Positions 20,218 through 29,866 of a stretch of 64,000 nt of DNA are shown here, one piece after another; positions within the stretch are counted from its first letter, which is position 1; the number at the start of each line of letters is the position of its first letter. Both the position numbers and the translations under genes were made by a program. The stretch is from a virus. The stretch spans positions 69,436 to 133,435 of the IMG/VR virus record IMGVR_UViG_3300033571_022960. One strand, 5' to 3'. Under the pieces are notes generated by a model that saw only the letters and a list, made by a program, of their open reading frames with translations, did not search any database and was not told where the DNA came from.

Positions 20218-20427
20218 ATGAACACACTATTCACAGTAGAAGAACTAAAAAAAGAAAATAAAACACTTTATGATTTGATTCATAAACCCAGATTTACTTT
20301 AAAGGAAAATAAAAAAATAAGAAACTATTCAGTCAAAGTTTTCATACTGAATAATAAAATAATATTTAAATTTAAAGAAGATGATGAAATTAGTGGTACA
20401 GTTGATGAATTAAAAAAAAATATATAA
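20218..20427 (+). CDS. Hypothetical protein
   Basis: 69-aa ORF. Confidence 0.55.
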   Translation: MNTLFTVEELKKENKTLYDLIHKPRFTLKENKKIRNYSVKVFILNNKIIFKFKEDDEISGTVDELKKNI

Positions 20428-20599
20428 TCTTGCAAAGGATTTTAATTTTCCCTTTGGTACATCAAAATACGGTTGTCATGTTGTATATGGTGAAAAAAAA
20501 TCATCCATTAATTATATAAATATTACAAAACCAACTGAATTTAATGATGAAGAAAATACCACAGTAAACATTGATGATTTACCACTTTCTTTAAATGAA

Positions 20600-20827
20600 A
20601 TGGAAAGAATTATTAATGAATGTGAAAAAAAGTATTTATTAAAAATAAAAATACCTAAAAATTATACTATAAATAATAAACCTGTTTTTATTTTTATAAA
20701 TACAATTATTAATTGGCAACAAGTTTCAATAGAAAATAATAAGTATTATCATTTCTCAATACCTGATGGTTTGCAAGATGGTTTATTGAGAAAGGAATGT
20801 AATTTGGATGAAATTTTGGTTTTTTAA
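20600..20827 (+). CDS. Hypothetical protein (frame is open upstream to 20414)
   Basis: 75-aa ORF with 62 additional open codons upstream. Confidence 0.55.
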   Translation: MERIINECEKKYLLKIKIPKNYTINNKPVFIFINTIINWQQVSIENNKYYHFSIPDGLQDGLLRKECNLDEILVF

Positions 20828-20863
20828 TTTGACTTTCTAAAAAATTTTATTTAAATTGTAATT

Positions 20864-21067
20864 ATGAAAACATTAGATTTTGAAGAACTTTTAACCAAAG
20901 TTCCTGACTTAAAAGAAAAGATTGGGGAAAATGGTTTTAATGATGTTAAAAATTCACAACCACATTATAAATGTTTGGGTAAATGTGAAAGAGAATTTAT
21001 TTCTGAAACCAAAGAAGAAACAAATATAATGTTTTGTTTTTCTTGTCAAAGAATAATGGAAGTATGA
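20864..21067 (+). CDS. Small zinc-ribbon-like protein
   Basis: CLGKC...CFSC. Confidence 0.6.
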   Translation: MKTLDFEELLTKVPDLKEKIGENGFNDVKNSQPHYKCLGKCEREFISETKEETNIMFCFSCQRIMEV

Positions 21068-21402
21068 CATTAAATAAAACATTAATAAATTTAAAATATT
21101 CAAAAAACAGTTTTTTCAATTTAGAAAAAATTAAAGACGTATATATTAATATAGATTTGTTTAAAGAAAATGTTGCATTTAAATTATATACTCTCTATGG
21201 GTATGGTCGGTCTTTTGAGAATTATAAAGAAAATAGGTTTATAAATAAAAATAAATTCATTTATTATAAATATTACCATCAAAAACCTGTTAGGGGTATT
21301 ATTTATTATTACCAATCTAAAACGAACTATTTTCATATTATTACTAATTTAGAAGAATACAATGAATTATATACTAATAAAAGTTTATTAATTTTAAGAT
21401 AA
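21064..21402 (+). CDS. KTLxNL family member 10 (start corrected to ATG21064)
   Basis: MTLNKTLINLKYSKNSFFN. Confidence 0.75.
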   Translation: MTLNKTLINLKYSKNSFFNLEKIKDVYINIDLFKENVAFKLYTLYGYGRSFENYKENRFINKNKFIYYKYYHQKPVRGIIYYYQSKTNYFHIITNLEEYNELYTNKSLLILR

Positions 21403-21414
21403 AATAATAAAAAA

Positions 21415-21831
21415 ATGAAAACAAAATTTAACGAAGATTTAAAATCCGCAATGAAGGAAAAAAATACTATTAAAACCCAAACAATCAGGGGTATTTTAAC
21501 CGAGATTATGAAAGTAGAAAAAACAAATGGTTCTGAAATAACAGAAGATAAATTGAATTCACTTCTAAAGAAATTATATTCACAAAGGGAAGAATCTGCA
21601 AAGATTTATAAATCATCAAACAGAATGGATTTATTTGAAAAAGAAAATGCAGAACTATTAATTCTTAAAGAATATCTTCCTAAAGAAATTCCTTTTGATG
21701 AACAAAAAACTTTTGTTGATAATTTACTTGCAGAAAAAGGATTAAAACCATCTGATATGGGTTCAATAATGAAATTGATTCCAAATAATTACAATAAAAA
21801 ATTAATTTCTGAATACTTAAAAAGTTTGTAA
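21415..21831 (+). CDS. GatB/YqeY domain protein
   Basis: LKSAMKEKN..TIRGIL..KK..QREES..Y...R.DL.EKE.AEL.IL.EYLP pattern. Confidence 0.85.
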   Translation: MKTKFNEDLKSAMKEKNTIKTQTIRGILTEIMKVEKTNGSEITEDKLNSLLKKLYSQREESAKIYKSSNRMDLFEKENAELLILKEYLPKEIPFDEQKTFVDNLLAEKGLKPSDMGSIMKLIPNNYNKKLISEYLKSL

Positions 21832-22130
21832 TGAAAAAAGAACTTATAAAAAGTGAATTAAAAGGTATATTAGGTTATGGTGTTTCATACGATGAAATTC
21901 TAATTGTATTGAATGAATTGATTAGTGAAGAAAAACAGAAAATTAAAGAAAAAATTTATGTTATAGATTTGGAAGGTGATATTATATTCAATGGAACATT
22001 TAAAGAATGTGAAAAATTTATAAAAAAAAATATAATAATGGAAAAAAATAAAAAAGAATATGGTCTATCAACACCTACTGAATCTAATATAGTCTTATAT
22101 TATAGTTCAGAATTTTCACATCTTTTTTAA
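21831..22130 (+). CDS. Hypothetical protein
   Basis: 99-aa ORF coupled to YqeY. Confidence 0.6.
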   Translation: MKKELIKSELKGILGYGVSYDEILIVLNELISEEKQKIKEKIYVIDLEGDIIFNGTFKECEKFIKKNIIMEKNKKEYGLSTPTESNIVLYYSSEFSHLF

Positions 22131-22229
22131 AGATTTTCACAACAAAATTCAAAAATTCACATAAAACTAAAGAAGCATTTAAAGAAGGCAAAAGATAAAA
22201 AAAATAAATTAACAAAAACTTAGATAAAA

Positions 22230-22535
22230 ATGAAAAAATTCAATAAAGAAGATTTGCAAAATGCACTTAATATAATACAAGATAACCAAAATCCTGTATT
22301 AAGTTATTTTTCTGAATTAATTAATGAAGAAATAGAACTTTTAGAAAGGGGTAAATTTGTAAAGGCAAGTAAAGAATATTTAAAAAATCTTACTTATAAT
22401 GATATATCTTTTAGATTGTTAGAAAAAACTGATTATGGTTATTATCCTGGAATGTATGGAATGTTTGAAAGAAAAACAGGAAAGTTACTTGCAAGACATA
22501 CAGATTTAGGTATGTTACCCATGTTACCCAAATAA
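22230..22535 (+). CDS. Hypothetical protein
   Basis: 101-aa ORF. Confidence 0.65.
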   Translation: MKKFNKEDLQNALNIIQDNQNPVLSYFSELINEEIELLERGKFVKASKEYLKNLTYNDISFRLLEKTDYGYYPGMYGMFERKTGKLLARHTDLGMLPMLPK

Positions 22536-22597
22536 ATAAAAAATAATTTTAGAAATAAAAGATAAAGAATCATTTAAAGAAGATAAAAAATAAAACT

Positions 22598-22867
22598 ATG
22601 ACAACAGCACAAATAATAATACTAATCATTATGGGGTTAGGAGTTTTAATAGGATATATTAAAACAATGTTATCAAAAAATGATATTGAAAAATTCTTAT
22701 GGGGAATTTTACAATTATTTTTTACTTCATTATTTATTTTAATTACAATAATAATGACTCTTTCTTATGAAGAATTATTAAAAGAAAAAAATAAATGTCC
22801 AGAATATGAAAAAATTGAATGTCCAGAATATGAAAAAATTGAAAATGTTTATATTTTAAAGAAATAG
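22598..22867 (+). CDS. Membrane protein with duplicated CPEYEKIE
   Basis: Two hydrophobic segments. Confidence 0.65.
   Translation: MTTAQIIILIIMGLGVLIGYIKTMLSKNDIEKFLWGILQLFFTSLFILITIIMTLSYEELLKEKNKCPEYEKIECPEYEKIENVYILKK
22794..22841 (+). repeat. 24-bp perfect tandem duplication
   Basis: aatgtccagaatatgaaaaaattg x2. Confidence 0.9.
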
Positions 22868-23178
22868 TAAAATTGAGATAAAATGAGTAGAACATTTAAT
22901 GAACATAGAAATTGTATTGGTCTTGCCAAACCTCACCAAAGGAAAAAATGGTATTATTGGTAAAAAGTGTAATAGAACTGAAAGAAAAATGAAACCAATG
23001 ATTGGAGAATGGGCTAAAAAAGAATTTATTATAACTACCTTGAGTGATAATAGCAATAAAAACTTTTCATTTATGATAATGAAAATAAACTAAAAATACG
23101 CATGCCAAAAGAATTTAAAGATGATAAAGATTTTTTAGAATTGGTTGATTGGGAAATGGATTTACAAAAAGATGGTTT

Positions 23179-23637
23179 ATGAAAAAAGAAATTGAAATAG
23201 AAAGGAAATTTTTACTAAAAGACAAATCCATAATAAAGTCTGCAGATTATAGTTATGATATTGTTCAGTTTTATTTAACTGATAATTTAAGATTTCGCAA
23301 AGATAAAGATGGATTTCGTTTTGAATTAAAAAGAAGAAAACAGAATTTTAATATTGAAAAAAGTTTAATTCTTAATGAAAAAATTGGTGGAATTATATTT
23401 TCATTATTAAATTTTTTAATAAAAAGAAAGATACACAAAAAACGTCATATAATCAATTTTAATAACTTTAAATATGAAATTGATGAATTTATTAGTCATG
23501 ATATTTTTTTGGTGGAAATTGAATTTAAAACATTGTATAAAATGTATCATTTTCTTTCTATGGAAAAACCTATTTGGTTGGGTTCAGATGTAACAGATAA
23601 TCCAAATTACTTTAATTCAAATATATCAAAAATATGA
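23179..23637 (+). CDS. CYTH-domain protein (start corrected to ATG23179)
   Basis: EIERKFLL, YEIDEF, VEIEF, WLG.DVT motifs. Confidence 0.8.
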   Translation: MKKEIEIERKFLLKDKSIIKSADYSYDIVQFYLTDNLRFRKDKDGFRFELKRRKQNFNIEKSLILNEKIGGIIFSLLNFLIKRKIHKKRHIINFNNFKYEIDEFISHDIFLVEIEFKTLYKMYHFLSMEKPIWLGSDVTDNPNYFNSNISKI

Positions 23638-23933
23638 AAAAATTAGAAATAAGTGACTTAGAAATAAGAGAAATAGAAATACCTTCACCGATAGAAAATT
23701 TAAAGGTGGGTGATGATTTTTTTTATAAAGGACAATATAAGAATGGATATGAAGAAGGTATTTCTAAAATAAAACGATTTTATAAAGAAGTACCTTTTTG
23801 GGATGGGGTAGAACGGAAAGTTAGAAAAAATGAAGGTGGACATCCAGTTTGGATGGAATTAGAAAATCGTAAAATAGTTTTATTGGGTTATATAGAATAT
23901 AAAGGTATAAGAATATTAGAAAAATATCTTTAA
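23634..23933 (+). CDS. Hypothetical protein
   Basis: 99-aa ORF with ATGA coupling. Confidence 0.65.
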   Translation: MKKLEISDLEIREIEIPSPIENLKVGDDFFYKGQYKNGYEEGISKIKRFYKEVPFWDGVERKVRKNEGGHPVWMELENRKIVLLGYIEYKGIRILEKYL

Positions 23934-24472
23934 ACATATTTCTTAATAACCTTCGCAAGTTCTTTTGCAAGTTTAACCTTATTTTTTTGATATTTTTCCA
24001 TATCATCCTTATTGGAAATAAAACAAAGTTCTGGTAGAATGTTATGTCCTGTTATTCTAAAAAATCCTAGAGTTCTACCCAAATCCCCATCGGTTTTTAC
24101 ACCACGATTTCTTGTTCCCAATACATTTGCAATAGTATCATTTATTTCTTTACCCAAATTCTTCTCTAGATGGCTACCATTATTAGGTATAATAACTTCT
24201 GAACCATTACTATCAGGATTAGAAGAACTATTCATGTGTAAATCAATAACAATATCATTATTAGTGGTTAATCTCCTAAAATAATTAATAGTATCTTGCA
24301 AAATACTATCATTTTTATCTAAAGAAGGGCACACACCAATTTCTTGTAATTCACGATTTAAAAGATTTCTAAATTCCACCATTAATACCCCTTCTGTACC
24401 AAACCTACTAACTGCACCATTGTCTCTTCCCTTTTTATCACTATGACCTGCACTAATATAAACTCTTCTCAT
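23930..24472 (-). CDS. N-acetylmuramoyl-L-alanine amidase (Amidase_3), probable endolysin
   Basis: ISAGH..E..IDLHMNS..GSEV..ILPELCFI; late motif 24486-24493. Confidence 0.85.
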   Translation of the reverse strand: MRRVYISAGHSDKKGRDNGAVSRFGTEGVLMVEFRNLLNRELQEIGVCPSLDKNDSILQDTINYFRRLTTNNDIVIDLHMNSSSNPDSNGSEVIIPNNGSHLEKNLGKEINDTIANVLGTRNRGVKTDGDLGRTLGFFRITGHNILPELCFISNKDDMEKYQKNKVKLAKELAKVIKKYV

Positions 24473-24560
24473 AATATTTTTATTAATAAATATCAATGCA
24501 AAAATAAAATAAAATTGAAAAATTCATTTTTTTTATTTACTTTTCTAAAAAATCATTTTT

Positions 24561-25736
24561 ATGACAAAAACAACAACTGAAAAAATTGTAAAAAAGAAAT
24601 TAACTTATTCAACAAGATTTGGTGAATTATTAAATACTATTTCAGAAAAATCCCCTATCGTAAAAAAATTAATTAATTCAGAAGTACCTGAAACATTTAA
24701 TTTCAACTATATTGATATTACTGATAACAATGATGTTTTAACATTTATAAGAAATAATAGGGTAGAACAAATTAAAGAAGAAAAAACAATTTATATTAAT
24801 TTATCTGCAAAAGGTTTTCAGAAAAAACCATCTATTTTCAGAAAATTAAAATTTAAAACTGATGAAAAAGGAAATTTTTTAATAGGAACTCCCGAAGATA
24901 GAAAATTAAGACAAAAACAAATTGATGAAGGGGTTGAAGAAAAAGATTTAAAAAAATTGGTTCCAGCAAAAGGATTACAAGGAAAAGTTGGTGGTTATTG
25001 TCCTCATCCTGATTTTGAGGCACATCCAAATACAATCCTTTGTAAATTTATTGATGAAAAAGGAAATGAATATTTAGTTTCTAAGGCAAATTTAAAAGAA
25101 CAATTTTCAGAACAAGAATTTTATAAAGGTTCTGGTCGTGTTGAAGTAAAAGTTGGTAAATTCTTCCAATCCCTATTTTTGGAATTAAAAATTGATGTAA
25201 AAGATAAAGAAATTGAGGATTTGGTTAACAACTTTAAAACAACAATGGATATTTTAAAAGACCAATTAAAACTTTTTAGAATTATAGAAGGGAAGGATAT
25301 TAAAGAAATTGGTTATCAAAGAAACAATTATGCCAAAAATGCAGGAACTTTATCACAAAGTTGTATGACTAATGGTGATGATAATGGAACAAGAAGTTGT
25401 GATTTATATGTTAAAAATCCTGAATCAGTTAGATTAATTGTTTTAAAAGATATAAAAGATGAAAACAAAATAAGGGGTAGGGCACTTCTTTGGAAATCTG
25501 ATGAAGGGGAATATTATATGGATAGAGTTTATACTCAAGAACCTGCACTTGAGGGTTTATTTAGAGAATTGGCAAAAAAGGCAGGTTATTTATCCCATTT
25601 TGATTGGCAAAAAAGAGAATATAATGATAAAAAATTTAATATTACTCTAAAAAATAAATATAACGGTAATCCATTTTTAGATTCAATGGATTATGTTAAT
25701 GGTGATGTTTTACATTTAAAATTAAAAAGAGTTTAA
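24561..25736 (+). CDS. Conserved large-phage protein of unknown function
   Basis: SCM...LYVKNPE...GRALLW...YMDRVYT C-terminal domain. Confidence 0.7.
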   Translation: MTKTTTEKIVKKKLTYSTRFGELLNTISEKSPIVKKLINSEVPETFNFNYIDITDNNDVLTFIRNNRVEQIKEEKTIYINLSAKGFQKKPSIFRKLKFKTDEKGNFLIGTPEDRKLRQKQIDEGVEEKDLKKLVPAKGLQGKVGGYCPHPDFEAHPNTILCKFIDEKGNEYLVSKANLKEQFSEQEFYKGSGRVEVKVGKFFQSLFLELKIDVKDKEIEDLVNNFKTTMDILKDQLKLFRIIEGKDIKEIGYQRNNYAKNAGTLSQSCMTNGDDNGTRSCDLYVKNPESVRLIVLKDIKDENKIRGRALLWKSDEGEYYMDRVYTQEPALEGLFRELAKKAGYLSHFDWQKREYNDKKFNITLKNKYNGNPFLDSMDYVNGDVLHLKLKRV

Positions 25737-25778
25737 ATTGCATTTACTTTTTTAAAAAATTTTCATTAAATTTACAAA

Positions 25779-26888
25779 ATGATAACAACAAGAAAAATAA
25801 AGAATTTAGTAGGTGTTAATTTAACCCCACCCCAAGATTGGATTAAACGTTTTAAAAGTGTTCTTCAAATTCAATCAAAAAGTGGAAAGGAAGAATCAAT
25901 GATTAAATTCATTGAAAATGAATTATCTAATATTCCTGGTGTTAAATTTCACACTAAGGATAATAATATATATGTAACAAAAAACACAAAAAAAGTTAAA
26001 GATTTAATTTATCCTTGTATGGTTGCTCATACTGACACCGTACATGAAATTATTGAATCTTATCACATTTTAAGATATGATAACATATTTTTTGCATGGG
26101 ATGGTAAAAACAATAAACAATGGGGTACTGGTGGTGATGATAAGTGTGGTATATTTGTTACCCTTGAATTATTAAGAATAATACCAAACATGAAGGCATG
26201 TTTCTTTTATTCAGAAGAAATAGGTTGTATTGGTTCAGGTAAGGCAGATTTGGATTTCTTTAAAGATTGTGGGTTCATTCTGCAAGTGGATAGAAAAGGT
26301 AATGAAGATTTTTGTACTTCGTATTCAGGAGATAAAATGGTATCAAAAGAATATTCTGACACAGTTGCAAATACTATTAAAAAATATGGCTACTCTGAAT
26401 CTTGGGGTGGCTCAACTGATGTGTTTAAATTAAAAAATCGTGGTTTAGAATTATGTGTATCAAATATGAGTTCTGGATATTATGACCCACATTCAAATAA
26501 TGAAACTATTAATATAGAAGATGTTTGGGTGGTTTTTCAAATGTGTTCAGAATTATTTTATATCTTAAAAGATAAAGTTTGGAAACATAAGAAAGAAATT
26601 ACTGTACATCAAGGTGGTAATTGGAATGGTAGAAATTCACATACACATACACACAGAAATAGATTTAAAGAAGATGATGATGACGATATGGTAAATGCAT
26701 ACGCACAAAGATTTAAATCAGGTGTTATATTAGATGAAGAAGAAGAGGAAGAAGAACATTTACCTAATACGATTTGTAATTGTTCAAAAGATAAAAAAAC
26801 ACCACTAATATCATTAAAAAATCAGTATCTTTGTGTTGAGTGCATGAAGATGTATGATAAAAAAACTAAAAAAGAAGTAGAAATTTAA
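25779..26888 (+). CDS. Zn-dependent peptidase (M28/M20-like) 1
   Basis: AHTDT, GGDDKCG, SEEIGCIGS, QVDRKG, GYYDPHS. Confidence 0.8.
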   Translation: MITTRKIKNLVGVNLTPPQDWIKRFKSVLQIQSKSGKEESMIKFIENELSNIPGVKFHTKDNNIYVTKNTKKVKDLIYPCMVAHTDTVHEIIESYHILRYDNIFFAWDGKNNKQWGTGGDDKCGIFVTLELLRIIPNMKACFFYSEEIGCIGSGKADLDFFKDCGFILQVDRKGNEDFCTSYSGDKMVSKEYSDTVANTIKKYGYSESWGGSTDVFKLKNRGLELCVSNMSSGYYDPHSNNETINIEDVWVVFQMCSELFYILKDKVWKHKKEITVHQGGNWNGRNSHTHTHRNRFKEDDDDDMVNAYAQRFKSGVILDEEEEEEEHLPNTICNCSKDKKTPLISLKNQYLCVECMKMYDKKTKKEVEI

Positions 26889-26913
26889 TTCTAATTAAAT
26901 AAACAACAACAAT

Positions 26914-27723
26914 ATGAACTTTGAAAAAAACAAAAATCTTTTTCTTGATTTAACCAAAAAAACCATCCCACATGGTAAAGAAAAATTAATGGAACAATTT
27001 TTACCATCAGGAATAAAAAAAGATGGTATTGGTAATTATTATATTAAAATTGGTGAATCTGAATCAATGTTTACTTGTCACTTAGATAGTGCAACAGGTA
27101 AATTCAAAACTGTAACACATGTTTTTGAATCAGAAATTTTTTGTGGTACTAATGGTAAAACCATTTTATCTGCCGATGATAAATCAGGTATGTTAATTCT
27201 TTTAAGAATGATTGAAAATAACATTCCAGGTTTATATTATTTCTTTTTGGGTGAAGAAAGTGGTTGCATTGGTAGTCGTTGGGCAAAAAATAATATTGAT
27301 TTTTCTTCTTATAAAAGATGTGTTTCTTTTGATAGAAGAAATTATGGAAATGTAATTACAAGACAAATTGGTTCACAATGTTGTTCATTAGATTTTGCAA
27401 ATGAATTATCTAACCGTTTAAATCAAAATTTTGATTTTGATTACTTTTATAACAAATATGATGAATTATACTTGGAAAGGGATGAATTTACATTCAAACC
27501 CGACCCAACAGGAATATATACTGATAGTGCTCAATTTATTAATATAATCCCTGAATGTACAAATATTTCAGTTGGTTATTTTAATGAACATTCAGGACAT
27601 GAATTTCAAAATTTATTATATTTAGATTTATTGATAGATGCAGTTTTAAAAACTAATTGGGAAACTCTACCAGGTGAGAAAATTGAAGAAGAAAAACATA
27701 CTTGGGGAAACTTTCACTTTTAA
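26914..27723 (+). CDS. Zn-dependent peptidase (M28/M20-like) 2
   Basis: CHLDS, ADDKSG, GEESGCIGS, SFDRR, GYFNEH. Confidence 0.8.
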   Translation: MNFEKNKNLFLDLTKKTIPHGKEKLMEQFLPSGIKKDGIGNYYIKIGESESMFTCHLDSATGKFKTVTHVFESEIFCGTNGKTILSADDKSGMLILLRMIENNIPGLYYFFLGEESGCIGSRWAKNNIDFSSYKRCVSFDRRNYGNVITRQIGSQCCSLDFANELSNRLNQNFDFDYFYNKYDELYLERDEFTFKPDPTGIYTDSAQFINIIPECTNISVGYFNEHSGHEFQNLLYLDLLIDAVLKTNWETLPGEKIEEEKHTWGNFHF

Positions 27724-27735
27724 AAAAAAAATACT

Positions 27736-28230
27736 ATGTTACATAAAGAAACAACAAAACAATATAAATCTTTATCCGAAGATTTAAAAAAAGAAGTTTT
27801 AGAAAAAAGTAAATTAGAAAAACCTGATTACTCATTGTCAAGATTTAATTTGATAACCAAAGAAGTTTATTATAAATCTTTATTAAAAACTAATATTGAT
27901 GTTGTTACTAAACACACCAATACAGTATTGTCTAAAGATAATCTAACAAAGGAAGAGATTTTAAGTTTATCTAATCTTGTTAGAACTTTGCAAGATTTTT
28001 TATTACAAACACCAGAATATAAAGAACTTTTAAAACAAAGTGAAGAAAAGGAAAAATTGGTGTTGCAGAAACTTGAAATTAAAAAAACTGAAAAACCTAA
28101 AAAAATTGTTAAAGAAAAGAAGGTTAGTTTGGATAATAAAATTTTAAAGGACTTGGGTTTGGAAAAAATGAGTGATTTATTTGATGATTATAATGGAAAT
28201 AATTTAGACCCTGATGAAGATATTTTTTAA
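27736..28230 (+). CDS. Hypothetical protein
   Basis: 164-aa ORF. Confidence 0.65.
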   Translation: MLHKETTKQYKSLSEDLKKEVLEKSKLEKPDYSLSRFNLITKEVYYKSLLKTNIDVVTKHTNTVLSKDNLTKEEILSLSNLVRTLQDFLLQTPEYKELLKQSEEKEKLVLQKLEIKKTEKPKKIVKEKKVSLDNKILKDLGLEKMSDLFDDYNGNNLDPDEDIF

Positions 28231-28297
28231 AACACTTTTATAGTTCGTTTTTTATTTACATATAAAATATGGATAAAAATGAGAGATTTAAGTATTG

Positions 28298-28432
28298 ATG
28301 AGTATGGTATGTTATTGTGGGCATACCTACAAATGTAGTTGTGGTAATCCTGATAAAAAATGTTTCAAAGAAAGTGTTAAACGTGGAACTATAATTTTGT
28401 GGGATAAAAATAATGGGTGGAAAAATTCCTAA
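28298..28432 (+). CDS. Small Cys-rich protein (below track cut-off)
   Basis: MSMVCYCGHTYKCSCGNPDKKCFKES...GWKNS. Confidence 0.5.
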   Translation: MSMVCYCGHTYKCSCGNPDKKCFKESVKRGTIILWDKNNGWKNS

Positions 28433-28944
28433 CCATTAAATTCATTAACATCAGTAGGTACACAAATAATCTTTCTATATAATGGTTTATAACCCATAAT
28501 AGATTTTGCGTTTGTTTGATAAGTTGTATCATTATCAATTACTGTCCAAAATTTAAAACGTTTATCATCAATTTGATAACCAACATAATCACCTATTTTA
28601 ATATCAATTTCTTTTTCATTAAGAAAATCAATTAAAACAGTAAAAACTAAATTACCAATATCCTTATAATTCAAGGTATTATTAGTATTATAAGATTTAA
28701 ACTGTGATTCTTCTATTACTAAAGAAACTGGTAATTCAATTGGTGGTTGAGTTCTTATATCTTCTTTTGCACCTTCTGAATATATATCATCTATTGTTGT
28801 TTTTGTTCTATCAACCCTATAAAGTAAAATTTTTGTATTTATGTCATTTTCCAAATATTCTTTTGCAAATTCTCTTTCCAATGAGAATTCATCTTCGGTA
28901 AAAAATAAATCTACCCTTTTTATTGGTTTATTAATATCTGACAT
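28429..28944 (-). CDS. Putative neck/head-closure protein
   Basis: Pattern YRVD...DDIY.E...PIEL...GNL.F...DI.IGDY recalled from head-closure-like proteins; late motif 28950-28957. Confidence 0.5.
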   Translation of the reverse strand: MSDINKPIKRVDLFFTEDEFSLEREFAKEYLENDINTKILLYRVDRTKTTIDDIYSEGAKEDIRTQPPIELPVSLVIEESQFKSYNTNNTLNYKDIGNLVFTVLIDFLNEKEIDIKIGDYVGYQIDDKRFKFWTVIDNDTTYQTNAKSIMGYKPLYRKIICVPTDVNEFNG

Positions 28945-28998
28945 ATAAAATAAATATTTGCACTTGATTTAAAAATAAAATTTAATTAAGTTTGTTTT

Positions 28999-29220
28999 AT
29001 GAAAAATTTTTTTACAGTTGAGGAAATAGAACCAAAAACTATCACAAGAAATACTTGTCATATTAAAAACTTTAATATGATTGATTCAAAAAAAGTTCTT
29101 TTGGAACAAAGTCAAACTAAAAAAGAAGTACCAAAAGAAACTTTAGATAAATTAAAAAAAGAATGTGTACTAACCGAAGGATTAAAAGAAATTTTTAAAA
29201 AAACAAATAAAACAAAATAA
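28999..29220 (+). CDS. Hypothetical protein
   Basis: TAAGTTTG box 4 nt upstream. Confidence 0.6.
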   Translation: MKNFFTVEEIEPKTITRNTCHIKNFNMIDSKKVLLEQSQTKKEVPKETLDKLKKECVLTEGLKEIFKKTNKTK

Positions 29221-29222
29221 AC

Positions 29223-29804
29223 ATGACAAATTACATCCCAACATCATTAGAAACAGTTAACAAATTTGCAGAATCAAAAAAAGATGATTTCTTAGATATA
29301 TTAAGAAATTCTACATCAGAAAGTAGAACTACACCAGAAGATAAAATAATCTTCATGTGGTCAATAGTTTCTGTTAAAACTAAAGAAATAAAGGATATTG
29401 AAGAAAATAGAATGGAATTCTTGAGTTTAACGTTTGATGAACGTTTTGAACACGAATTAAAAAAAACAAGACTTTCTCTTTTAATGAGAGCAGGAAATTT
29501 TATGGTTCAAGACCGTGTTAATACAGAAGAATTCCCTAATGAAGTAAAAGATTTAATTTTTGCAAAGTTAATAACTGTAATGAATGCAGAACAAAGTATC
29601 ATTAGAAATGATAAAGTTTTATCTACCATTCCTAAACCAAAAGTGGTTAAAAAAGGTGAAATTGAAGATGAAACTGTTGTTGAAAAACCAACAAAAAAAT
29701 CCACAAAAAAACTAGATATTGATACTATTTTGGATAAATTAAACGAAAAAGGTATTGATTCTCTTTCAGAAGAAGAAAAAAATTACCTACAAAATAATTC
29801 TTAA
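29223..29804 (+). CDS. Hypothetical protein
   Basis: 193 aa; C-terminal LDIDTILDKLNEKGIDSLSEEEK helix. Confidence 0.7.
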   Translation: MTNYIPTSLETVNKFAESKKDDFLDILRNSTSESRTTPEDKIIFMWSIVSVKTKEIKDIEENRMEFLSLTFDERFEHELKKTRLSLLMRAGNFMVQDRVNTEEFPNEVKDLIFAKLITVMNAEQSIIRNDKVLSTIPKPKVVKKGEIEDETVVEKPTKKSTKKLDIDTILDKLNEKGIDSLSEEEKNYLQNNS

Positions 29805-29826
29805 TAACTTTGGTTTGATTCTATTG

Positions 29827-29851
29827 GGGGATTCTATTTATCCCCTTTTTT
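29827..29851 (+). terminator. Intrinsic terminator
   Basis: GGGGA-N9-TCCCC plus T6. Confidence 0.65.
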
Positions 29852-29866
29852 ATTTTAATTTTTAAT

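Noticed and set aside
22131-22223. Thirty open codons in frame after the YqeY-downstream gene stop
   Set aside because: A-rich spacer with no start codon; open frames are expected by chance in such sequence
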